From Bacteriovoracia bacterium (GTDB lineage Bacteria > Bdellovibrionota > UBA1018 > JBFWNL01), in assembly GCA_050251055.1 (NCBI GenBank), contig JBFWNL010000001.1, positions 427,825-491,824 of the forward strand: a stretch of 64,000 nt of DNA. The letters run 5' to 3'. Under the pieces are notes generated by a model. The model was not told the DNA's origin and ran no database searches. It saw only the letters and a list, made by a program, of their open reading frames with translations. Position 1 is the first letter of the stretch. Every line of letters starts with the position of its first letter. This document shows, in pieces, positions 30,867 to 39,323 of the stretch. The position numbers and the translations under genes are program-made.

Positions 30867-30921
30867 GCCAACGATTTAACGCTTAGCGAAATCACTCGAG
30901 GCGTGGCAGAACGAATAGACG

Positions 30922-32055
30922 ATGCATTTTGAAGAAACCCCTCTCCAGCAGGAGATCCGCACCCTCACCGCCAAGTTCGCGCAAAACGAGCTCGCGCCCC
31001 ATATCGAGCAGGATGAGCACGACGAACGTTTTCGTCCGGAGCTCATCGCCCAGCTCGGCGAACTCGGGTTAACGGGCATCCCCACTCCGGAAGATTTCGG
31101 CGGGGCCGGCATGGGTTATCAGGAGTACGCGATCGCCATCGAGGAACTCGCGTCGGTCAGCGCGGCCTACGCCATCAGCGTGGCCGTCAGCGGTCTGCCG
31201 CAGATCATGCTCTCCCAGTACGGCAGCGACGCACAGAAAAAGCGGTACATCCCGGGTCTGGCGTCCGGAAAAAAAATCGGGGCGTTCAGCTTATCGGAAG
31301 CCTCTTCCGGCTCGGACGCGGGCAGCCTGCGAGCCACGGCCAAGGCCGAAGGCGGTCATTACGTGCTGAACGGGACCAAGCTGTGGTGCACGCAAGCCGA
31401 CTCAGCCGACGTGATTCTGCTCATGGCCCGCACCGGCACGAGCGGACCAGGCGGCGTCTCGGCGTTTATCGTCGAAAAAGGCATGCCGGGACTAAAATTC
31501 GGCAAGCGCGAGAAAAAAATGGGCGCGCATATCTCGCACACGATGGAACTTGTGCTCGAAAATCTAAAGGTGCCCGCCGAAAACCGCGTCGGAGCCGAAG
31601 GGGAAGGCTTTAAGATCGCGATGAAGGCGCTCGATGGGGGGCGCATCACCATCGCGGCCACGGCCACGGGCGTGGCTCGCTCCGCCCTGCGGCTGGCGGT
31701 CGACCACGCCAAGCAACGCGAACAGTTCGGCAAGCCCATCGCGGAGTTCCAGGGACTATCGTTTTTGCTCGCCGACATGGCGACCGAACTCGAAGCGGCG
31801 CAACTCCTGGTGAAGCAGGCGGCCTGGCTTAAGGATAACGGCAAACCTTTCTCCAAGCAGGCCAGCATGGCCAAGCTTTACGCCACCGATGCCGCCATGA
31901 AGATCACCACGGACGCCGTGCAGGTCCTCGGCGGCTCCGGCTACACCCAGGACTTCCCGGCCGAGCGCTACATGCGCGAGGCAAAAGTGCTTCAGATCGT
32001 GGAAGGCACGAATCAAATTCAACGCATCGTCATCGGAAGGGCCCTTACGCAATGA
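30922..32055 (+). CDS. Acyl-CoA dehydrogenase (short/branched-chain type)
   Basis: FSLSEASSGSDAGS, LNGTKLW, LDGGRI, REQFGKPI, IVEGTNQIQR. Confidence 0.95.
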   Translation: MHFEETPLQQEIRTLTAKFAQNELAPHIEQDEHDERFRPELIAQLGELGLTGIPTPEDFGGAGMGYQEYAIAIEELASVSAAYAISVAVSGLPQIMLSQYGSDAQKKRYIPGLASGKKIGAFSLSEASSGSDAGSLRATAKAEGGHYVLNGTKLWCTQADSADVILLMARTGTSGPGGVSAFIVEKGMPGLKFGKREKKMGAHISHTMELVLENLKVPAENRVGAEGEGFKIAMKALDGGRITIAATATGVARSALRLAVDHAKQREQFGKPIAEFQGLSFLLADMATELEAAQLLVKQAAWLKDNGKPFSKQASMAKLYATDAAMKITTDAVQVLGGSGYTQDFPAERYMREAKVLQIVEGTNQIQRIVIGRALTQ

Positions 32056-33476
32056 GCGTCACCGCCTCGCGCCTCGGAAGTTCCTCGTTAATGTTCGATT
32101 GGTCCAATCTGGCCGCCTTCTCGCCGAGCAAGGGCCCAGCTGGCCGGCACCACGAGCCGGCGCTCGCCGAGCTCGAAGCCACGTGGAACGAGCATAAAGA
32201 GTCGCTCTTCTCGGGGAAATACGGTTTCTTCAACGCGCCCACGGATGACGCCCTCTCGCAGGCTCGCGCGGCCCAGACGCTGGCGCAAGATCTGCGGGCC
32301 ACGGGCAAATTCACCGACTGCGTCTTCCTGGGCATCGGCGGCAGCGCGCTGGGACCCATCAGTCTGCTCGCGGCGCTCGCCCATCGGCGTGACGCGAAAA
32401 ATTCCCTGCGCTTTCACTTCTTCGAGAATCCCGATCCGATGGATTGGACGTCCCGCATCCGCGCGCTCGACCCCGCGTTCACGCTCGTCTGCGTGGTTAC
32501 CAAGTCGGGAACTACATTTGAAACTATGGCGCTCTTCTTGCTGGCGCTCGAGTGGCTGGGACCCAACCGTTGGCAAGAGAACGTCGTGGCCATCACGGAT
32601 CCCGAAAACGGGGATCTCCGCCATTTCTGCAAAAAAGAAAATCTCCGCACGCTCGAGATCGCGCCCTCGGTGGGTGGGCGGTTCAGCGTCTTCACGCCCG
32701 TGGGCCTGTTCCCGCTCGCTTTGGCCGGGCATTCCGTCGAGGAGTTCCTCGCCGGCGCACGCTCCGTGCAGGAATACGTGAAGAAAACCCCGCCCGGCAA
32801 AAACCCGCTTTTTCTCCTCGCCAGTCATTTCATTGCCCACTTCGCGACCCGTCCCATCCATGTGTGCATGCCTTACTCCACGCCCCTGCGCGGGATCGGC
32901 AACTGGTGGGTGCAGCTCTGGAGCGAAAGCTTGGGGAAAAACGGCAAGGGCTTCTCGCCGATCGCCGCCGTGGGCCCAGTGGATCAACACAGCCTGCTGC
33001 AGCTTCTGCGCGACGGGCCGGACGACAAGATCACGCTCTTTCTAACCGTGGATGACTTCAACGCGGGTGTCCCACCGGTGAAGATTCCCGCGCTCCTCAA
33101 ACAACGCTATCCCATGGCCACGCACCTGAACGCCTTCACGATCCTGGAGAGCCACGGGCTTGACGACTTGATGAAGGCTGAGTACCGGGCCACGTCGCTC
33201 GTGCTGACGAAAAACCAACGCCCGAACCTCACCATCCAGCTTGACCAGCTAGGCGAGAAGTCGCTGGGTGCGCTCTACTTCGCCCTGGCCGTGAAAACCG
33301 CCTTCACCGGCTTTCTCTGGAAGGTGAACCCGTTTGATCAGCCGGGAGTCGAGGAAGGCAAAGTTTATATCCGTGACTCCCTCAGCCGCCATCGCGAGGA
33401 AGCGGGTGAGCGCCCCTTGCGGGAGTGGGAAGACAACTCCCCGGTGGCCCGGCTTCGTCGCGAGCGCCCCGAATAG
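32052..33476 (+). CDS. pgi: Glucose-6-phosphate isomerase
   Basis: GIGGSALG, TKSGTTFET, VGGRFSV, QLWSESLGK, DQHS, NPFDQPGVEEGK. Confidence 0.95.
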   Translation: MSVTASRLGSSSLMFDWSNLAAFSPSKGPAGRHHEPALAELEATWNEHKESLFSGKYGFFNAPTDDALSQARAAQTLAQDLRATGKFTDCVFLGIGGSALGPISLLAALAHRRDAKNSLRFHFFENPDPMDWTSRIRALDPAFTLVCVVTKSGTTFETMALFLLALEWLGPNRWQENVVAITDPENGDLRHFCKKENLRTLEIAPSVGGRFSVFTPVGLFPLALAGHSVEEFLAGARSVQEYVKKTPPGKNPLFLLASHFIAHFATRPIHVCMPYSTPLRGIGNWWVQLWSESLGKNGKGFSPIAAVGPVDQHSLLQLLRDGPDDKITLFLTVDDFNAGVPPVKIPALLKQRYPMATHLNAFTILESHGLDDLMKAEYRATSLVLTKNQRPNLTIQLDQLGEKSLGALYFALAVKTAFTGFLWKVNPFDQPGVEEGKVYIRDSLSRHREEAGERPLREWEDNSPVARLRRERPE

Positions 33477-33564
33477 TCCGACGGATTCGTCGAAGTAATA
33501 ACAAAACGCGTTAAGGGCCTATCCGCTTGACGCTACACGCCTATTCAGAATACTCTCAACGGGC

Positions 33565-34497
33565 ATGACCGCTGGCTCATCGGGTGATGACCCGTCCGAA
33601 AAAACCGAAGTCCTTTCGGGCGACCTCGAAACCCTCAACAAAGAACTCGCCAAAGCCAAGGAACAGGACGCGTGCCTGATCGTGATCCGGGGCACGCCCC
33701 AGGGGCATCGTTTCTTTCTGACCAAAGGCAAGATGATCATCGGACGGGATCCCGCGGCCGACGTCACGCTCTCGGATCAAAGCGTCTCCCGCAAGCACGT
33801 GGAGATTACCAAAGACCGCGGCAAAACTTTGCTGAGTGACCTGGGCTCCGCCAACGGCACCATCGTCAACGGTAAGCGCATGGGCAAGGGTGAATCCGTG
33901 CAGCTCGTAAAAGAAGACATGGTCCGGCTAGGCAACACGATCCTGAAGTACCTACCGGCCGGCGAGATCGAAACGCTGTTTTACGCCAACATCGCCTCCG
34001 CCGCGAACACGGACCCGCTCACGCGCGTATATAACCGGCGCTACTTCAACGAGGCGCTCGAAGTGGAATTCAAGCGCACGAAGGCCCTGCACTCGGATTT
34101 GGCCGTGATTTATTTCGACATCGATCACTTTAAAAAAGTGAACGACACGCATGGGCATGACGCGGGCGATTTCATCTTGAAAGAGTTCAGCGCCATCATC
34201 CGGACCAAGTTCGTGCGCCCCAAGGATGTCTTCGCGCGTTTCGGCGGCGAGGAGTTCGTGCTCCTGCTCGCCAACACCAAAGCGGAGATCGCCGCGGATA
34301 TCGCGGAGAACATCCGCGCCACGATCGAAGCCCACGCTTTCATCTACAAAGGCAAGCGCATCCCCCTCACCATGAGCGCGGGCGTGGCCGAAGTCGCCGC
34401 GACCATCGAGTCGGCGCAGACTTTTATTAATCACGCCGACAAGGCGCTCTACGAGTCGAAGTCGAGCGGCCGTAACCGCGTGACCGTCTCGAGCTGA
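33565..34497 (+). CDS. dgcB: FHA-GGDEF diguanylate cyclase, DgcB-like
   Basis: N-tail EKT; FHA motifs IGR, VSRKH, DLGSANGT; DIDHFK.VND..GH..GD; RxxD I-site RPKD; GGEEF. Confidence 0.8.
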   Translation: MTAGSSGDDPSEKTEVLSGDLETLNKELAKAKEQDACLIVIRGTPQGHRFFLTKGKMIIGRDPAADVTLSDQSVSRKHVEITKDRGKTLLSDLGSANGTIVNGKRMGKGESVQLVKEDMVRLGNTILKYLPAGEIETLFYANIASAANTDPLTRVYNRRYFNEALEVEFKRTKALHSDLAVIYFDIDHFKKVNDTHGHDAGDFILKEFSAIIRTKFVRPKDVFARFGGEEFVLLLANTKAEIAADIAENIRATIEAHAFIYKGKRIPLTMSAGVAEVAATIESAQTFINHADKALYESKSSGRNRVTVSS

Positions 34498-34504
34498 AAC
34501 CCGC

Positions 34505-35071
34505 TTACTTCCAAAAAAACTGCCACCAGTAAGTGGTATTGAAACGCGCCAGCCCGTGCCAGCTCAGGAATTTCTCGTCGAGGATACGGAACGCCTGGCG
34601 CCAGCGGACGCGGTTGTACTTCGCCCCCTGGTAACACGCATGCATGATCACGAGCTCCAGGGGAGGGCGCCCCTTCAGGACGGCTTTCATCATCGCGGCG
34701 TCGATCACTTCCGACTCGCTCAGGAAAATCAGGTCCGCGCCGTTCGCATCATTTAAATTGTAAGTTTTGGAGTCTTCTTCGATACCCTCCCCCACGAATC
34801 CGAAGACCTTCACGCAGGGGTCCTGCAGCTGCTCGGCAAGGGTATCAAAAGTCGGCTCTTGGAAAAATAGGACGGTATAGCCGCGATCGCGAAAATCCTT
34901 CATCAGCTCGTCGATCGTGTTTTCAAACCCGTTACGGGCAGCCTTCACCGAGGGCAAGGCGCCTTGCACGACTACCGCGTACGGTGAGCGACACGTAGGA
35001 CTATCCGCCTGCGCGGAGGCGCTCATCCAGAATAAGCATGTGAACAAAAATGCGTACGTCTTTCCCATCAT
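34505..35071 (-). CDS. Secreted small protein with CHAT/caspase-like fold motifs
   Basis: Signal ending AQA; PTFDTL...VFGFVGEG...IFL...LVIMHACYQG. Confidence 0.6.
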   Translation of the reverse strand: MMGKTYAFLFTCLFWMSASAQADSPTCRSPYAVVVQGALPSVKAARNGFENTIDELMKDFRDRGYTVLFFQEPTFDTLAEQLQDPCVKVFGFVGEGIEEDSKTYNLNDANGADLIFLSESEVIDAAMMKAVLKGRPPLELVIMHACYQGAKYNRVRWRQAFRILDEKFLSWHGLARFNTTYWWQFFWK

Positions 35072-35283
35072 TACCCCCACAGGTAACTTCAGGCCACCCA
35101 CAACACAGGGCGTTGTAACCGGATCTTACGACCCCTGTCTAGGTACCCACCAAAATTAATCCGAGAGAGAAAATAATCGAGTATTTACATATATTTAATC
35201 AGAACACAGGGTGGGCGCAGACCATCCGTCCGACCAGAGAAATCTGTTTCTTTAAACCCTTCTCTCCTATAGGATCGCCCATC

Positions 35284-36339
35284 ATGAAAACCCGTGACTT
35301 CATCCAAGTGGAATACGCCGAGCCGCATCTCAACCGGACCCTGAAGATCCTAAAGGCCCATCCGGAAATATCGAAACTTTATGGTTACACGCCTTCCACC
35401 GCTTGGTTCGTTTATGGGTTGGTGGCGCTGCAGACCGTGCTCGCTGTCGTCATTCAAGACCAACCGTGGTGGGCGTTCTTGCTACTCGCCTACACGGTGG
35501 GCGCGGCCGCGAGCCACGCGCTCTTCATCTTGATCCACGACGCCACCCACAACCTGATTTTCAAGACGTCGCTCGCGAATCGCTGGATCGCGATTGTCGC
35601 CAACCTGCCCTTCATTTTTCCGGCCGCCATGGGCTTCCGCGAATATCACCTCATCCACCACAAGTATCAGGGCGAGATGGAATACGATGCCGACTTGGCG
35701 CCCGAGTGGGAAGCGCGCGTCTACAGCGGCGGCCCCTTCAGCGCATTAAAGAAAATGATTTGGTTCGTGCTTTTCCCCATCCACTACGGCATCACGCGTC
35801 CGCTGCGCTTGAAGAAAATCTATAGCCTAGACAAGTGGGCGATCATCAACACGCTCGCGGTGGCCGCATACGTCGTGATCATGCAAGCCTGGACGGGCTG
35901 GACGGGCGTGGCCTATCTTTTCGTCTCCGCCTGCTTCTCCATCGGCCTGCATCCCCTGGGCGCGCGCTGGATCCAAGAGCACTTTGTTTTTCACCAAAAC
36001 CAGGAAACTTACTCGTATTACGGACCACTGAATAAGATCGCATTCAACGTGGGCTTCCATAACGAGCACCACGATTTCATGGGGATCCCGTGGTCACGCC
36101 TGCCGAAGGTGCGGGCTACCGCGCCGGAATTCTACGATACGCTTTACTACCATAAGTCGTGGACGGGCCTGATCCTACGCTTCATCTTCGACCCTAAGGT
36201 GGATTTCTATAGCCGCGTCGTGCGCCCGAGCCACAAGGCGAAGAGCCGACTGCGCGCGGAGAGCCTGACCGCCCCGGGCGGCCTGGTCGTGCAAAAATCC
36301 GCCACCGACGTATCCGGGGCGATTCCAGCGTCTTCGTAA
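35284..36339 (+). CDS. Fatty acid desaturase of the sphingolipid delta-4 desaturase (DEGS/DES1) type
   Basis: N-terminal EPH..R...ILK.HPEI..L; His boxes HDATH, HLIHH and HNEHH; ETYSYYGPLN...NVG.HNEHHDF...P...LP.VR..APEFYD.L. Confidence 0.85.
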   Translation: MKTRDFIQVEYAEPHLNRTLKILKAHPEISKLYGYTPSTAWFVYGLVALQTVLAVVIQDQPWWAFLLLAYTVGAAASHALFILIHDATHNLIFKTSLANRWIAIVANLPFIFPAAMGFREYHLIHHKYQGEMEYDADLAPEWEARVYSGGPFSALKKMIWFVLFPIHYGITRPLRLKKIYSLDKWAIINTLAVAAYVVIMQAWTGWTGVAYLFVSACFSIGLHPLGARWIQEHFVFHQNQETYSYYGPLNKIAFNVGFHNEHHDFMGIPWSRLPKVRATAPEFYDTLYYHKSWTGLILRFIFDPKVDFYSRVVRPSHKAKSRLRAESLTAPGGLVVQKSATDVSGAIPASS

Positions 36340-36365
36340 TTCTGGGTAATCGGGATTCGCGGCGC

Positions 36366-37013
36366 CTACGCTTGCCGCTTCTGGTGGAAGTACAGGTGCC
36401 AGATCACGGCCGGGAACAAGTTAAGCCAGATCTTTTCCTGCATGTAGACGTACGGGTGGATTTCCCGGGTTAGGTAATCGTTCAGTTCGTGAAACCGTTG
36501 GCGACGCTCGCCCGCCATGAGAATCGCATTCCACTTCCGCACGCCCATGTACTCGAAATACGAGAAGCAGCCCTCTTCTTTGGAGAGGAGCTTGAACTGC
36601 GCAAAGAGCTCCGTCACAAGCTTCATCGGGAAGTTATTCAGCGGCAATCCGCATAGAATATGATCAAAGCGGATATCGCTGCGAAAATCCTGCAAGTACC
36701 CGTTGAATATCGTCACGCGGGGGAAATCCGGACGACCGCGACGCCAACGCGCCACGCGCTTTTCCAGCACCTTACAGAAGCTCGCGTTGGCCTCCACCAA
36801 AGTCAGGTGATCGTCCTTGCCCATGCGCCGGCAAATCGCTTCCGTCGTCGAGCCGGTGCCCGGACCGACTTCCATCACTTCCAAAGGATGCGAGTGGGGT
36901 AAAATGATCTCGGCTAGCTTATTCGCGAGGAAGTCGGAGCTAGGGATTAGCGCGCCGACTTCCTTTTGGCGTTGGAAGAATTGACTGACGAAAACGAACT
37001 TATCTTTAAGCAT
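36366..37013 (-). CDS. Phospholipid N-methyltransferase-like class I SAM methyltransferase (PmtA type)
   Basis: GALIPSS..LA, EVGPGTG..T, ILCGLPL, WLN..PA. Confidence 0.75.
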   Translation of the reverse strand: MLKDKFVFVSQFFQRQKEVGALIPSSDFLANKLAEIILPHSHPLEVMEVGPGTGSTTEAICRRMGKDDHLTLVEANASFCKVLEKRVARWRRGRPDFPRVTIFNGYLQDFRSDIRFDHILCGLPLNNFPMKLVTELFAQFKLLSKEEGCFSYFEYMGVRKWNAILMAGERRQRFHELNDYLTREIHPYVYMQEKIWLNLFPAVIWHLYFHQKRQA

Positions 37014-37059
37014 AGGGGTGGCACATAAGCATATGTAAGCGCGATAGCCCCACTCTCCC

Positions 37060-37671
37060 CTATTCGTACCGAGTGCTCAAGCACTTTGTGATCTGGGCCG
37101 TGATCTCCTCGGTGAGCTGGCGGAAGGCCCGCTCGTTCTCGGGGCCGAACCAAAGCTCGGGATCCCGGGTCACGCCATAGAGTAACCCCAGCTTCAGGTA
37201 GGAGGACAGGCGAACCGCCCGCCAGGAGGGCTTGACGCCCTGGAACTGCTCCCAGGCCTCGGAGAGCTTTTTGCAATAGCGCTCCTCGACGGCGCGAATC
37301 TCCTCCCCCAGCTCGGTGGGATCATTGCAATACCGGAAATAGAGGGTCGGCGCCCAGGGGTACTCACGAACCAGGTCGATCGCCTTAGCCATCCGCCCGT
37401 TTTGGAACTCTTCCCAGTGCTTGTATCGCTTCCTTTGGCCACCCCGGAGGTCGATGGAATGCAGCTGCACGAATTCGCGAATCCCGTAACGAACGGCCTC
37501 CTGAATCATGCCCTTCGCGGATTTGCCAAAATAGTAATAGAGCGTGGATCGTGGCACCCCGCAAAGCCGGGACACCTTCGAGTAAGTCAACTCGCGAGGC
37601 GAGTGCCGGGCCAGCAGGGCGACGATCTGCCGAAGCAACTGATCCAAATTGAGCTTCTTACGCGTAGCCAT
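37060..37671 (-). CDS. TetR/AcrR family transcriptional regulator
   Basis: HTH LTYSKVSRLCGVPRSTLYYYFG.SA. Confidence 0.85.
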   Translation of the reverse strand: MATRKKLNLDQLLRQIVALLARHSPRELTYSKVSRLCGVPRSTLYYYFGKSAKGMIQEAVRYGIREFVQLHSIDLRGGQRKRYKHWEEFQNGRMAKAIDLVREYPWAPTLYFRYCNDPTELGEEIRAVEERYCKKLSEAWEQFQGVKPSWRAVRLSSYLKLGLLYGVTRDPELWFGPENERAFRQLTEEITAQITKCLSTRYE

Positions 37672-37686
37672 TTCTTCTGGCGTTTC

Positions 37687-37705
37687 ATTGTAATTCGCTT
37701 ACAAT
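37687..37705. promoter_or_regulatory. Palindromic operator, candidate TetR site
   Basis: ATTGTAA-TTCGC-TTACAAT in the 54-nt divergent intergenic gap. Confidence 0.5.
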
Positions 37706-37725
37706 TTGAAGCAACACCCGAATTT

Positions 37726-39300
37726 ATGCGCAGAACCTTTTACTTTGTATCGGCCGTCGTATTCGCGTTAACCGGACTCTTCGCCCTGGCTTGGCCAAGC
37801 GTGCTCCAGTCCCTGATCGTCACGGGCCCACTCTTTTTGCTGGGCCTGGCCGACGCGCTCCAGCGAAGGCAATCCATCCGCCGAAACTTCCCTCTGCTTG
37901 GGCATTTCCGATACCTGCTCGAATCGATCCGTCCCGAAATCCAGCAGTATTTCATCGAGACCAACGCGGACGGCCAGCCCTTCAGCCGCGAGCGGCGTTC
38001 GGTAATCTACCAACGCGCGAAGAAAGTCACCGACACGATCCCGTTCGGTACCCAAATCGACGTGTACGACCCTGGCTACGAATGGATCAACCACTCTATC
38101 GTACCGAAGCCCATCCCGGCGGATGCCCCCCGCGTGACGATCGGCGGCCCCGATTGCAAGCGGCCCTATTCGGCGTCCATCCTGAACATTTCGGCCATGA
38201 GCTACGGCTCGCTTAGCAAGAATGCCGTGCTTGCCCTGAATGGCGGCGCGAAGATCGGAGGCTTTGCGCACAATACCGGTGAAGGCGGCCTGAGCCCCTA
38301 TCATCTGGAACCGGGCGGCGACCTCATCTGGCAGATCGGCACGGGGTACTTTAGCTGCCGTACCAAGGATGGGAAATTCAGCGACGGCCACTTTCGGGAG
38401 CGGGCCCAACAGCCGCAGGTAAAAATGATCGAGTTGAAGCTCTCGCAAGGCGCGAAACCCGGGCACGGCGGAATCCTTCCCGCCGCCAAGGTCACGCCGG
38501 AAATCGCCGACATTCGTGGCGTGGAGGTGGGCAAAACCGTTTTCTCCCCGCCTTGGCACACGGCTTTCTCGAATCCCATCGAGCTTTTGGAATTCCTAGG
38601 TAAGCTGCGCGAGCTCTCCGGCGGCAAGCCCGTGGGCTTCAAGCTCTGCGTCGGCAAGCGGCGTGAGTTCTTCTCCATCTGCAAAGCCATGCTGAAGACC
38701 GGGATCACGCCCGACTTCATTACGATCGACGGCGGCGAGGGCGGTACCGGCGCCGCCCCTCTGGAATTCTCCAACTCCGTGGGCACCCCATTGAATGAAG
38801 GCCTGATTTTCGTACACAATGCGCTCGTCGGCGTAAATCTGCGCGAACGCGTCAAGCTCATCGCCAGCGGCAAGATCACGACGGGCTTCAGTATCGCCAA
38901 CAAACTCGCCCTGGGCGCCGATCTCTGCAACTCCGCGCGGGGCATGCTCTTCGCCTTGGGCTGCATCCAGGCCCTGCGTTGCAACACCAACAACTGCCCC
39001 ACTGGGGTAGCGACGCAAGATCCCGAACTCGTCCACGGGCTGGTCGTCGAAGATAAAAAACACCGGGTGGCTCACTTCCACCACGCCACCGTCCATAGCT
39101 TCCTGGAAGTCCTTTGCGCGTCGGGCCTTTCCCGTCCCGAAGAGCTGCGTCCTTGGCACATTCACCGCCGCGTAAGCCGCTTCGAAGTCAAGCACTACGG
39201 TGAGCTTTACCATTACCTGGACCCAGGCGCCCTGCTCTCTGGCTCCCCATCCACCAACTACGCGCGTGCGTGGGCGAATGCCACCGCCGAGCAGTTTTAA
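37726..39300 (+). CDS. FMN-binding glutamate synthase family protein (YerD-like, membrane anchored)
   Basis: ISAMSYGSLS, NTGEGG, LKLSQGAKPGHGG, DGGEGGTGAAP, CIQALRCNTNNCPTGVATQ; N-terminal TMs. Confidence 0.92.
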   Translation: MRRTFYFVSAVVFALTGLFALAWPSVLQSLIVTGPLFLLGLADALQRRQSIRRNFPLLGHFRYLLESIRPEIQQYFIETNADGQPFSRERRSVIYQRAKKVTDTIPFGTQIDVYDPGYEWINHSIVPKPIPADAPRVTIGGPDCKRPYSASILNISAMSYGSLSKNAVLALNGGAKIGGFAHNTGEGGLSPYHLEPGGDLIWQIGTGYFSCRTKDGKFSDGHFRERAQQPQVKMIELKLSQGAKPGHGGILPAAKVTPEIADIRGVEVGKTVFSPPWHTAFSNPIELLEFLGKLRELSGGKPVGFKLCVGKRREFFSICKAMLKTGITPDFITIDGGEGGTGAAPLEFSNSVGTPLNEGLIFVHNALVGVNLRERVKLIASGKITTGFSIANKLALGADLCNSARGMLFALGCIQALRCNTNNCPTGVATQDPELVHGLVVEDKKHRVAHFHHATVHSFLEVLCASGLSRPEELRPWHIHRRVSRFEVKHYGELYHYLDPGALLSGSPSTNYARAWANATAEQF

Positions 39301-39323
39301 TCTCACTCTGATTATTTTCGAAT

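Noticed and set aside
37402-37725. N-terminal extension of the 632-aa glutamate synthase-family ORF
   Set aside because: It is antisense to the TetR gene; family similarity begins at ATG 37726
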